Below are positions 13,820-23,010 of a DNA stretch of 32,000 nucleotides, one piece after another. Position 1 is the stretch's first letter. Each line of letters starts with the position of its first letter. The notes below the pieces were generated by a model that was given only the letters and a program-made list of their open reading frames with translations, did no database searches and was not told the DNA's origin. The DNA comes from Acidothermus cellulolyticus 11B (GTDB lineage Bacteria > Actinomycetota > Actinomycetes > Acidothermales > Acidothermaceae). The translations under genes were made by a program, and so were the position numbers. The stretch spans positions 1,290,001 through 1,322,000 of the forward strand of contig NC_008578.1 of NCBI RefSeq assembly GCF_000015025.1, given 5' to 3'.

Positions 13820-16800
13820 ATGACCACCCGCGCCGCCCTGCTCCGCCGTGAACTGGCTCGACGCGTCCTCGTCGCGGACGGCGCAATGGGCACCATGCTG
13901 CAAGCCGCCCGGCTTGGGCCGGCCGATTTCACCCTGCCGGATATCGGCGTCCTCGAGGGATGCAACGAAGTCCTCAGCCTCACCCGTCCCGACGTCGTTG
14001 CCGCCGTCCATGACGCCTACCTGGCCGCCGGCTGTGACGCCATCGAAACCAACACCTTCGGGGCGAACCTGGGAAACCTCGGCGAGTACGGGATCGCCGA
14101 CCGGATCGAGGAGCTTGCCGCCGCCGGGGCGCGGATCGCCCGGGAGGTCGCCGACCGATGGTCCACGCCGTCCGAGCCGCGGTTCGTCCTCGGCTCGGTG
14201 GGTCCGGGAACGAAGCTGCCGAGCCTGGGGCACGTGACGTTCGCCGAGCTCCGCGACGCTTACCAGCGGCAGGTCACCGGGCTGATCAACGGTGGGGTCG
14301 ACGCGGTCCTCGTGGAAACAGCACAGGATCTCTTGCAGGCGAAGGCGGCCGTCATCGGCGCGAAGCGGGCCAGAGCTGCTGCGGGTGTCGACATTCCGAT
14401 CTTCGCCTCGGTGACGGTCGAGACCACCGGGACAATGCTGCTCGGCTCCGAGATCGGTGCTGCGCTGACCAGCCTCGAGGCGCTCGGCATCGAAATGATC
14501 GGATTGAATTGCGCGACCGGTCCGGCGGAGATGAGCGAACACGTGCGGTACCTCGCCGCGCACGCCGCCGTCGCCGTGTCGTGCCTGCCCAATGCCGGAT
14601 TGCCGATTCTCGGCCCGGACGGCGCACAGTATCCGCTGACCCCCGGCGAGCTTGCCGACGCCCTGGAGGAGTACGCGGCGCAGTTCGGGCTCGCTCTCGT
14701 CGGCGGATGTTGCGGAACCACCCCGGAGCACCTGCGGCTCGTTGCCGAGCGGCTCCGCCACCGGCCGATCGGTTCGCGGCGGGCCGAGACCGTGCCTGCC
14801 GTCTCCTCGCTGTATCAGACGGTGCCGCTCCGCCAGCAGACCGCTTTCCTTGCCGTGGGGGAGCGGACCAACGCCAACGGGTCAAAGGCGTTTCGGGAGG
14901 CCATGCTCGCCGGACGGTACGAGGATTGCGTCGAACTGGCCCGCGGGGCGGCCCGGGACGGGTCGCACCTCATCGACGTCTGCGTGGACTACGTGGGCCG
15001 GGACGGCGTCCGCGACATGCGGGAACTCGCCCGCCGGTTGGCCACCGCGACCACCCTGCCGGTCATGCTCGACTCGACGGAACCCGCGGTCATCGAAGCG
15101 GGATTGGAATGCCTGGGCGGGCGGTGCATCGTCAATTCGGTGAATTTCGAGGACGGTGACGGGCCGCAATCGCGAATATCCCGCCTCATGCCGATCGTCC
15201 GCGAACATGGGGCCGCCGTCGTCGCCCTCACGATCGATGAAACCGGGCAGGCCCGGACGGCCGAGCACAAAGTCTCCGTCGCCGAACGGCTCATTGACAC
15301 GCTGACCAACCGCTGGGGGATGAGGGAGACGGATATTCTCGTCGACACGTTGACGTTCACCCTGGGCACCGGTCAGGAGGAGAGCCGACGCGACGGGATC
15401 GCCACCATCGAGGCGATTCGCGAGGTGAAAACCCGTCATCCGGACGTGCACACGATTCTCGGGATCTCGAACATCTCTTTTGGCCTGAACCCGGCGGCTC
15501 GCGCCGTCTTGAATTCGGTTTTCCTCGCTGAGTGCCTCCGCGCGGGGCTGGACGCCGCTATTGTGCACCCGGCGAAAATCCTGCCGATGTCGCGGATTCC
15601 CGAGGACCAGCAGGCCGTCGCCCTGGATGTGATTTACGATCGACGCCGGCCGGATTACGATCCGCTCGTCCGGTTGATGGAACTGTTCGCCGGGGTGACG
15701 GCGGCAGCGTCGCAGAAGTCCCGAGCCGCGGAGCTTGCGGCAATGCCCCTTGCGGAGCGGTTACATCGACGGATTGTGGACGGCGAACGCAACGGGTTGG
15801 AGGCGGACCTCGACGAGGCGTTGACGACCCGGCGGGCCCTCGACATCATCAACGAGATTCTCCTGCCGGCGATGAAGGAGGTCGGTGACCTTTTTGGCCG
15901 GGGCGACATGCAATTGCCCTTCGTCCTGCAATCCGCGGAGGTCATGAAAGCCGCGGTCGCCTACCTCGAACCGCACATGGAGAAGAGCAATCGATCCGGG
16001 AAAGGGACGATCGTCCTCGCGACCGTCAAGGGCGACGTACACGACATCGGCAAGAATCTCGTCGACATCATCTTGTCCAACAACGGCTACCGCGTGGTGA
16101 ATCTCGGCATCAAACAGCCGATCACCGCGATCCTCGAGGCTGCGGAACGGCATGATGCCGACGCGATCGGCATGTCCGGGCTGCTCGTGAAATCCACCGT
16201 TGTCATGCGGGAGAACCTGCAGGAAATCTCTTCCCGGGGACTCGCGAAACGATGGCCCGTCCTGCTCGGCGGTGCCGCGCTCACCCGCGCGTACGTCGAA
16301 GACGACCTCGCATCGGAGTTCGACGGCACGGTCCGGTACGCCAAGGACGCCTTCGAAGGCTTGCGGCTGATGGACACCCTGATGGCCATCAAGCGGGGCG
16401 AGCCGGGCGCGAGCCTGCCGCCGTTGCGGCGCCGCCGCATTGCACAATCGGCAACCGCGGTGTCCGAGCCGGCGTCCCGTTCCGACGTCGCCACCGACAT
16501 CCCGATACCCACGCCGCCTTTCCTCGGTGACCGCGTCGTAAAGGGAATTCCGCTCGGCGATTATCTCGGCTACCTCGACGAAAAGGCACTCTTCGCCGGC
16601 CGGTGGGGGTTGCGCAGCCGTCCGAACGGGCCGAGTTATGCGGAAATCGTGGAAGCCGAGGGGCGCCCCCGCCTACGGCAGTGGCTTGACCGCCTGCAGG
16701 CCGAGAATCTGCTGGCCGCCGGCGTTGTCTACGGCTACTATCGCTGCGTCTCCGAGGGTGACGACCTCATCATTCTCGCCGACGACGGCCGGACCGAGCG

Positions 16801-17296
16801 GTGCCGTTTCCGGTTCCCGCGCCAGCAACGCGGGCGGCGGCTGTGCATCGCGGATTTCTTCCGGCCGGCCGGCAGCGGGGAGACCGACGTCGTCGCTTTT
16901 CAGCTCGTGACAATAGGCGCGAGGGTCAGTGCGTTCACCGCACGGTTGTTCGCGGACGGCGCTTTCCGTGACTATCTGGAGGTCCATGGACTGTCCGTCC
17001 AGCTGGCGGAAGCGCTGGCGGAATTCTGGCATCGGCGCATCCGGGAGGAGCTGGGCATTGCGGATGCGGACCACCCGGAGCTGCGGGAAATCCTCGACCA
17101 CCAGGGATACCGTGGATCGCGGTACTCCTTCGGCTATCCGGCGTGCCCCGATTTGGAAGACCGCGCGAAAATCGTTCAACTGCTCAAGCCGGAGCGTATC
17201 GGCGTACGGCTCTCGGAGGAGTATCAACTCGACCCGGAGCAGTCGACGGATGCACTGATCGTCCATCACCCGGAAGCAAAGTACTTCTCGGTGTGA
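13820..17296 (+). CDS. metH: Cobalamin-dependent methionine synthase
   Basis: From the ORF track, 1158 aa. It has an N-terminal homocysteine S-methyltransferase region (GGCCGTTPEH) and a pterin-binding region. The B12-binding motif is GDVHDIGKNLV, and a C-terminal AdoMet activation domain is present. Confidence 0.95.
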   Translation: MTTRAALLRRELARRVLVADGAMGTMLQAARLGPADFTLPDIGVLEGCNEVLSLTRPDVVAAVHDAYLAAGCDAIETNTFGANLGNLGEYGIADRIEELAAAGARIAREVADRWSTPSEPRFVLGSVGPGTKLPSLGHVTFAELRDAYQRQVTGLINGGVDAVLVETAQDLLQAKAAVIGAKRARAAAGVDIPIFASVTVETTGTMLLGSEIGAALTSLEALGIEMIGLNCATGPAEMSEHVRYLAAHAAVAVSCLPNAGLPILGPDGAQYPLTPGELADALEEYAAQFGLALVGGCCGTTPEHLRLVAERLRHRPIGSRRAETVPAVSSLYQTVPLRQQTAFLAVGERTNANGSKAFREAMLAGRYEDCVELARGAARDGSHLIDVCVDYVGRDGVRDMRELARRLATATTLPVMLDSTEPAVIEAGLECLGGRCIVNSVNFEDGDGPQSRISRLMPIVREHGAAVVALTIDETGQARTAEHKVSVAERLIDTLTNRWGMRETDILVDTLTFTLGTGQEESRRDGIATIEAIREVKTRHPDVHTILGISNISFGLNPAARAVLNSVFLAECLRAGLDAAIVHPAKILPMSRIPEDQQAVALDVIYDRRRPDYDPLVRLMELFAGVTAAASQKSRAAELAAMPLAERLHRRIVDGERNGLEADLDEALTTRRALDIINEILLPAMKEVGDLFGRGDMQLPFVLQSAEVMKAAVAYLEPHMEKSNRSGKGTIVLATVKGDVHDIGKNLVDIILSNNGYRVVNLGIKQPITAILEAAERHDADAIGMSGLLVKSTVVMRENLQEISSRGLAKRWPVLLGGAALTRAYVEDDLASEFDGTVRYAKDAFEGLRLMDTLMAIKRGEPGASLPPLRRRRIAQSATAVSEPASRSDVATDIPIPTPPFLGDRVVKGIPLGDYLGYLDEKALFAGRWGLRSRPNGPSYAEIVEAEGRPRLRQWLDRLQAENLLAAGVVYGYYRCVSEGDDLIILADDGRTERCRFRFPRQQRGRRLCIADFFRPAGSGETDVVAFQLVTIGARVSAFTARLFADGAFRDYLEVHGLSVQLAEALAEFWHRRIREELGIADADHPELREILDHQGYRGSRYSFGYPACPDLEDRAKIVQLLKPERIGVRLSEEYQLDPEQSTDALIVHHPEAKYFSV

Positions 17297-17325
17297 GCCG
17301 AAGAAGCCGGCTAGGGAGGGAATGC

Positions 17326-18117
17326 GTGGGTCGTTCGCACGCCGCACCACCGGAGGCGTCGCCGTCAGACCTGGCGGTTGCCGGCAGCCGCGGCGCGGCG
17401 CCGGGATCGGCGGATATTCCCTTGCCGCACGCGGTTTTCTTCGACATGGACGGTCTGCTCCTCGACACCGAACCGTTGTGGTTCGCCGTTGAGACCGAGC
17501 TGCTCGAAGAACTCGGCGGCTCGTGGACCGCTGACGACCACGCCCTTCTGGTCGGGTCGGCACTCGCCGTCTCGTCAGCGTTCATCGCCGAGCGGGCGAA
17601 AACTCCGGTCACCCCGGCGGAAGTCGCCCGGGAATTGGTGACCCGGATGACCCGCACGCTGCGGGAAAAGGCCACACTGCACTCCGGAGCCCGGGAACTT
17701 CTCGCCCAGCTCGACGACGCGTCCATTCCCCGTGCCCTGGTGTCGTCCTCCCACCAGGTCTTAGTCGACGCTGCGCTGGAGGCCCTCGGACTCCGGTTTG
17801 ACGCTGTCGTGAGCGGTGACGCGGTCCAGCGCAACAAGCCGGATCCGGAGCCGTATCTGCGGGCCGCTGAGCTGCTCGGGGTTCATCCCCGTGCCGGAGT
17901 CGCGCTCGAAGATTCCCCGGTGGGGGTAGCCGCGGCACTCGCCGCCGGTTGCCGCGTTGTGGCGATCCCCAGTGTTGCGCCGATTGAGCCGACGGATCGG
18001 TGCGTCGTCGTCCCCGCCCTCACCCGTGTCGACGTCGCGTTTCTCCGGTCCCTTTTCGCCGAGAAACCGCAGACCGGACCGGACGTTACCAAGGCCGAAA
18101 GCTCCGCCGACTTCTAG
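17326..18117 (+). CDS. HAD-IA family hydrolase (beta-phosphoglucomutase-like)
   Basis: This is the in-frame tail of track ORF 17143..18117, whose upstream part overlaps metH. The GTG at 17326 lies 5 nt after GGGAGGG (17314-17320). HAD motifs seen: FFDMDGLLLDTE, ALVSSS, KPDPEPYL, LEDSPVG. Confidence 0.85.
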   Translation: MGRSHAAPPEASPSDLAVAGSRGAAPGSADIPLPHAVFFDMDGLLLDTEPLWFAVETELLEELGGSWTADDHALLVGSALAVSSAFIAERAKTPVTPAEVARELVTRMTRTLREKATLHSGARELLAQLDDASIPRALVSSSHQVLVDAALEALGLRFDAVVSGDAVQRNKPDPEPYLRAAELLGVHPRAGVALEDSPVGVAAALAAGCRVVAIPSVAPIEPTDRCVVVPALTRVDVAFLRSLFAEKPQTGPDVTKAESSADF

Positions 18118-18130
18118 CCGGGCCGTGACG

Positions 18131-18778
18131 TCACCGGTCCCGGGCGAGAGTCGCGTTGTACCGGGTCAGCACGGCACGGACGAGCAGGTGCCCGACCGGC
18201 GTGTCAAGGTCGACACATGTTCCGGTGACCGACAGGAAAGGACATTCGCTGACCTCGGGCGGAGCGAAGAAGACATAGGCGAATTCGTCCTCATCGTGCC
18301 GGCATCGGTAGACGAAACCCACGGCCTGCGGTGCCCACCGGCGGATCGCCGCCGCCCAACGGCGGGTCAGCGGGTAATCCCGGGCCTCACATTTCGTCAG
18401 CCAGGTGTCCTGGCCGACAGCCGCGAGCCCTGGTCCGTGGAGGGCGACCAACCGAAGCGCTCGGTTCACCTGGAGCTCGCTCAATCGGCGATGGGCAAGC
18501 GCTGACCGGGGGAGCAGCCGCGGCGTGCCGTCGAGCGGCAGGTCCCGGGTGAGCGTCTCCGCAACAGCGGCTTGGACACTGCCTCCGGCGTACAGGTACG
18601 CGCAGCTTCCGTCGAGGCTGTCGAAGCGGCCGCCGCTCGAGGCGTGCGGACGTGGGGTGGAGTTCATGGTGGTCGCTGCCCGGTGCGCCGCATGCACCCG
18701 CCAAAGCCGCGTGCCGCGCCGAATCGTGATGAACCGTAGCGGGCCCGGACACTGATCCGGCGGCGCCCGGCGTGACAC
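18131..18778 (-). CDS. RES-domain toxin (NAD+-targeting family)
   Basis: From the ORF track. It has GGRFD (the Arg motif), AYLYAGGSVQAAVAETL (the Glu motif) and GFVYRCRHDEDEFAYVFF (the Ser-motif region, where a Cys appears to replace the Ser). The GTG lies 5 nt after the antitoxin stop, and GGAGGAG lies inside the antitoxin 3' end. Confidence 0.8.
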   Translation of the reverse strand: MSRRAPPDQCPGPLRFITIRRGTRLWRVHAAHRAATTMNSTPRPHASSGGRFDSLDGSCAYLYAGGSVQAAVAETLTRDLPLDGTPRLLPRSALAHRRLSELQVNRALRLVALHGPGLAAVGQDTWLTKCEARDYPLTRRWAAAIRRWAPQAVGFVYRCRHDEDEFAYVFFAPPEVSECPFLSVTGTCVDLDTPVGHLLVRAVLTRYNATLARDR

Positions 18779-18783
18779 GGAGA

Positions 18784-19410
18784 TTACTCCTCCGCCACGG
18801 TTCGGGCCAGGTCGCGCAACGTCTGCTCATCGCGAGGTCGCGATGAGACAGCGAGATCAGCCGGCCGTTTGCCGCGCGGCAACCGGGCATGCGGGGTCAG
18901 CCACCAACTGGCGACCCCCCACGGATCGACTGCGGCACCAAGCTGCTGGTTCAGCTCGGCGACGATCGGACGCACCTGTCCGCGCGTCGCATCGATCTGA
19001 AACGCCGGATAGTACACCCGGCCGCGATCCTCCAGTCCGAGCAATTTTCCGGCCTTCCGCAGCGCGCTTGCGGTCTGCCGCCGATTCCGGCCGGTGGAAC
19101 CGAGAAGGTCGGCGACGTCCCGGGCTTCGAGCAGGTCACCGCGCAACAGCCACGCCCGGGCTTCGGCTTCGCGGCGAAGTTGCGCGGTGAGCGTGCGGGG
19201 TGAGGGCTGGGCGGCTTCGAGAAGCAGCCGGACGGTTGCGTCCGTCACCGAATCAGCGCCGCCGCCGAGCCGCAAGTAGGTGACGACTTCGTCCCGCACC
19301 GCGCGCAGACTCGGGCGGCTCGCCAGGACATTATCGATCAGGCCGACCAGAGTGGCGTCGTCAAGCCGCGCCAGCCGGGTGCTGAGCTGCCGGACGGTCG
19401 TCGTCGGCAT
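18784..19410 (-). CDS. Xre/MbcA/ParS-type antitoxin with a C-terminal DUF2384 toxin-binding domain
   Basis: From the ORF track. The C-terminal sequence DPWGVASWWLTPHARLPRGKRPADLA matches the DUF2384 signature as I remember it. It is preceded by an HTH-like LLEARDVADLLGSTGRNRRQTASALRKAGKLLGL. About 95 aa of N-terminal extension are present. Confidence 0.75.
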   Translation of the reverse strand: MPTTTVRQLSTRLARLDDATLVGLIDNVLASRPSLRAVRDEVVTYLRLGGGADSVTDATVRLLLEAAQPSPRTLTAQLRREAEARAWLLRGDLLEARDVADLLGSTGRNRRQTASALRKAGKLLGLEDRGRVYYPAFQIDATRGQVRPIVAELNQQLGAAVDPWGVASWWLTPHARLPRGKRPADLAVSSRPRDEQTLRDLARTVAEE

Positions 19411-19434
19411 CGCGTTCCTGACCTTCCCGTCATC

Positions 19435-19474
19435 CTGACGCTGATGACACTTTGTCTCGTGTATGCATCGTCAG
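19435..19474. promoter_or_regulatory. Imperfect inverted repeat upstream of the antitoxin gene (candidate operator)
   Basis: The sequence is ctgacgctgatgacactttgtctcgtgtatgcatcgtcag, with outer arms CTGACG/CGTCAG plus inner ATG/CAT. It lies 25-64 nt upstream of the antitoxin ATG (19410, minus strand) in a locally AT-richer spacer. Confidence 0.3.
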
Positions 19475-19557
19475 TCTCTTGCCATGCTAACCCCGGCGGA
19501 GATTACCCGCCGGCCGGCGCAGTATTACATGGGTGCATCAACCAGCTCTCCGCGCTG

Positions 19558-22101
19558 CTATTCGGTGGCAATCGCGGCGAGGATCGATCGCCGTCCGGCC
19601 TGCCATGCCGGCCAGACCGCCGCCAGCAGGCCGAGTATCCCAGCGACGATGAGGTAGCTGATGAGCTGACCCACCGGAACGACTACGTGGTCAATCTGAT
19701 TTCCGCTGGTTGCGACCAGGGCGAGACCGAAGAGCGTTCCCAGCACGACGCCCAGCAGCGCGCCGAAGACACCGATAATGAGAGCTTCCTGCTCGACCAT
19801 CGTCCGAATGTGACGACGGGTCATGCCGACCGCGCGTAACAATCCGATTTCCCGGACCCGTTCATAGACCGAGAGCGCCAACGTATTGACGATGCCGAGA
19901 ATCGCCACCACGAGTGCCACGCCGAGCAGGCCGATGATGAGCCCGACGATCTGATTGACTTGCGTGAGAATCGATTTCTTGTACTCGGCTTGGCTCTGCA
20001 CGTGAATCTGCGGATAGAGTCGCAGCTGCTTGGTGAGCGCCGCCGCCACCGCGTCCTGCTGGCCGGGTTTCGCCTCCACGTACGCGATGACGTCGCGCTG
20101 AACGTCGTAGTGCTGCGCGAAGAGGCTCATGGTGATGAGATACCCGACGCCTCCGTTGGCGAGCAGATTGTTGTTCTCGTAAATACCGCCGACGCGGATC
20201 GATCCCTTGAAACCATCGCCGTACTCAATGGGCACCCGGTCGCCTACTGTGACGCCGATACGGCCGGCCTGGGTCTGGGACACCAGCAGCTCACCGGCCT
20301 GCAACGCGTCCAGCGATCCGCTCGTCATCTGAATGGCGATCATCGAGCCGATATTCGGCGAGACCCCCGCGATCGGTGCCGTCCTGCCCTTGATGATGGC
20401 CGCCCCGGCCCGGGTCTCCGCCACCGCGGCGACACCGGGTGTTGCCGCAGCGCGCGCGGCGACATCAGGGGAGAAACCGTAGCCGTCACTGACCAGCACA
20501 TAGTCGGCACCCAAATTGCGATCCACCAGCGACGCGATGGACGCCTTTGTCGATGCGGTGAGCACCGAGAGCGCCGAGACAAGAGCTAGCCCAATCATGA
20601 GCGCCCCGGCGGTGGCCGCCGTCCGGCGCGGATTGCGAATGGCGTTCAGTCGTGCAAGGCGCGCGGTGACACCAACGACCGCCACCAGCGGCGCGCTGAG
20701 GACATGGATGATCGGCCGCCCAGCCCACGCGCTGGCAAACCACGCACCGACGAGAACCAGCATCGCACCGACGCCGACCAGTGCAGCAGCTTGACCACCG
20801 CTGCGACCGGCCCCGGACGCGATGAGTGCCGTTCCGATGACGATACCGGCGGCCCCGATGATGCTGCGGGCCCGCAACGACCGCTCGGGTAGCGCGACCG
20901 TGTCCCGCATCGCAGCGACCGGCGAAATCCGGGATGCCCGCAGTGCCGGGGCGATCGCAGCGAGCACGGTGACCAAGATGCCGACCAGATATCCCGCGAC
21001 AACGGTCTTGCCTGTTATCACTAGGGAATTGGCCGGCAGTCCGACGCCGACCGCCGACAGCAGACCGTGAACACCAAGCGCGACGAGCACGCCGAAGCCG
21101 ATGCCGATCGTCGCGGCGACCGCGCCGACGACTGCCGCTTCGATGAGCACCGCGCCGACAACCTGCGCCCGGCTCGCGCCGACCGCCCGGAGCAGCGCCA
21201 GCTCCCGCGTGCGTTGCGCGACGAGCATGGTGAACGTGTTGACGATGATGAACAGTCCGACGAACAACGCAATGCCCGCGAAGACCAACAAGAATGTGTT
21301 GAAGAAACCGAGTCCCTTACTGATGGCGGCCGTTGTTTCCTGCGTCACCTTCTTCGCCGTCACGGCTTCGAGATTCGCCGGCAGCGCAGCCTGAATCCGC
21401 CTGGCCAATTCTTCCTGGCTGATTCCCGGTCGGGCCTGGACGTCGATCTCGTTGACGTACCCCGGCTTGCCGACGACCTGCTGGGCTGTGGCCAGATCGA
21501 ATACGCTGAGCACCGCACCGGCCAAGTTGCTGCTCGCTCCAACCGTAACGATACCGACGATCCGCATGCGCATCGGCTGATGCTGCGTCTGCACCACCAC
21601 CGGATCACCGACGTGCAGATGGAAACGGTCCGCCGCGGCCTTGTCGATCGCCACCTCGCCCGGTCCCGTCGGCCCGTGACCGGCGACGAATTCCAGACTG
21701 CCGAAATTCGACGGCGTCCACGAAACGGCCAACGTGGGCGGCCCAAAGGTCTTGGGCACGATCGGACGGCCGTCCACCGTGACCAGCGTGTCCAGCCCGG
21801 AGACGGAGCCGACCGCGGCGGCGACTCCAGGCACGGCGGCCACCTTCGCGACCATCGACTCGGGCACCAGCGGCCGGGTTCCGGCGCTCGCGAAATCGTT
21901 CGCCGAGAAGTCCGTCTTGGCCCGCACGACAACGCTAAGATTCTTGCTCGTCCGGCCCAGCAAGTCATTGAACGTCGCGCGAAGGGTGTCGCTGAAAATT
22001 TGCGTGCCGACCAGAAAAGCCACGCCAATGACAACCGCAAGCGCCGTCAACACCAACCGCACCTTGTGCGCGACGAGGGTCCGCAGACTCACCCGGAACA
22101 T
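19558..22101 (-). CDS. MacB-type ABC transporter permease with two FtsX modules
   Basis: From the ORF track, 847 aa. It contains two blocks of FtsX-like TM helices, each preceded by a large extracytoplasmic domain. Its start overlaps the ATPase stop (TGATG at 22099-22103). Confidence 0.85.
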   Translation of the reverse strand: MFRVSLRTLVAHKVRLVLTALAVVIGVAFLVGTQIFSDTLRATFNDLLGRTSKNLSVVVRAKTDFSANDFASAGTRPLVPESMVAKVAAVPGVAAAVGSVSGLDTLVTVDGRPIVPKTFGPPTLAVSWTPSNFGSLEFVAGHGPTGPGEVAIDKAAADRFHLHVGDPVVVQTQHQPMRMRIVGIVTVGASSNLAGAVLSVFDLATAQQVVGKPGYVNEIDVQARPGISQEELARRIQAALPANLEAVTAKKVTQETTAAISKGLGFFNTFLLVFAGIALFVGLFIIVNTFTMLVAQRTRELALLRAVGASRAQVVGAVLIEAAVVGAVAATIGIGFGVLVALGVHGLLSAVGVGLPANSLVITGKTVVAGYLVGILVTVLAAIAPALRASRISPVAAMRDTVALPERSLRARSIIGAAGIVIGTALIASGAGRSGGQAAALVGVGAMLVLVGAWFASAWAGRPIIHVLSAPLVAVVGVTARLARLNAIRNPRRTAATAGALMIGLALVSALSVLTASTKASIASLVDRNLGADYVLVSDGYGFSPDVAARAAATPGVAAVAETRAGAAIIKGRTAPIAGVSPNIGSMIAIQMTSGSLDALQAGELLVSQTQAGRIGVTVGDRVPIEYGDGFKGSIRVGGIYENNNLLANGGVGYLITMSLFAQHYDVQRDVIAYVEAKPGQQDAVAAALTKQLRLYPQIHVQSQAEYKKSILTQVNQIVGLIIGLLGVALVVAILGIVNTLALSVYERVREIGLLRAVGMTRRHIRTMVEQEALIIGVFGALLGVVLGTLFGLALVATSGNQIDHVVVPVGQLISYLIVAGILGLLAAVWPAWQAGRRSILAAIATE

Positions 22102-22862
22102 CAGCGGCTCACCACCGGCGTCTCGAGGACCGCCAGTTGGTCGAGAATGGCCTGCTGCGTGGGTGCGGGCAATTCGCCGACCACCTGACCGTCGCGCAGG
22201 AACACGACGCGGTCGGCATAGCTGGCCGCTGCCGGGTCGTGGGTGACCATGACGATGGTCTGGCCGAGTTCTTTGACGAACCAGCGGAGCAGCCCGAGCA
22301 CCTCGGTCGCGGACCGGGAATCGAGATTACCGGTCGGCTCGTCCGCGAAAACCACGGCTGGTTTGGCCGCCAACGCACGGGCGCAGGCGACGCGCTGCTG
22401 CTGGCCGCCGGAGAGTTCCGTCGGCTTGTGCCGCAACCGATCCCGCAACCCAATCGCGTCAATCAGGCTGTCGAGCCAGGCCTGGTCGGGTTTGCGCCGC
22501 GCGATGTCCAGCGGCAGCGTAATGTTCTCCAGGGCCGTCAGGGTCGGCACCAAATTGAACGACTGGAAAACAAATCCGATCGATTCACGGCGCAACCGGG
22601 TTAGGGCCCGGTCATCAAGGGTCGTGATGTCGAGATCTCCGATATAGACGTGACCGGACGTAACCGAATCTAAGCCGGCCAGGCAATGCATCAATGTCGA
22701 TTTTCCGGAACCCGACGGGCCCATGATCGCGCTGAACTGCCCGCGGAAGAATTCGAGCGTGACGTCGTTGAGCGCCCGGACCGCGGTGTCACCGGCGCCG
22801 TACACCTTTGTCAGATTTCGAGCGGCAACCGCACGAACAGCACCCTGTGCCGTGTCGTCCAC
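22101..22862 (-). CDS. ABC transporter ATP-binding protein (MacB/LolD-like)
   Basis: From the ORF track. Walker A is GPSGSGKST, the ABC signature is LSGGQQQR, Walker B is [12 protein letters not shown], and the H-loop is VTHD. Confidence 0.95.
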   Translation of the reverse strand: MDDTAQGAVRAVAARNLTKVYGAGDTAVRALNDVTLEFFRGQFSAIMGPSGSGKSTLMHCLAGLDSVTSGHVYIGDLDITTLDDRALTRLRRESIGFVFQSFNLVPTLTALENITLPLDIARRKPDQAWLDSLIDAIGLRDRLRHKPTELSGGQQQRVACARALAAKPAVVFADEPTGNLDSRSATEVLGLLRWFVKELGQTIVMVTHDPAAASYADRVVFLRDGQVVGELPAPTQQAILDQLAVLETPVVSR

Positions 22863-23010
22863 TATCCTGCCCCCTCTGCTGGTTGATGTGGCGAGCTCAC
22901 GCTAACAGCCCGACCTGAGGTGCCGCATCAGACCGGCGTCAGCAATCGCCAATGACAATCGTCATGGAGAACTCCACCGAGCCGACGACGTGCCGCCGCC
23001 TGCGCTGCGG

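Noticed and set aside
13658-14761. A 367-aa minus-strand ORF opposite the 5' part of metH
   Set aside because: It is antisense to metH, has no motifs and has the biased composition typical of the shadow frame.
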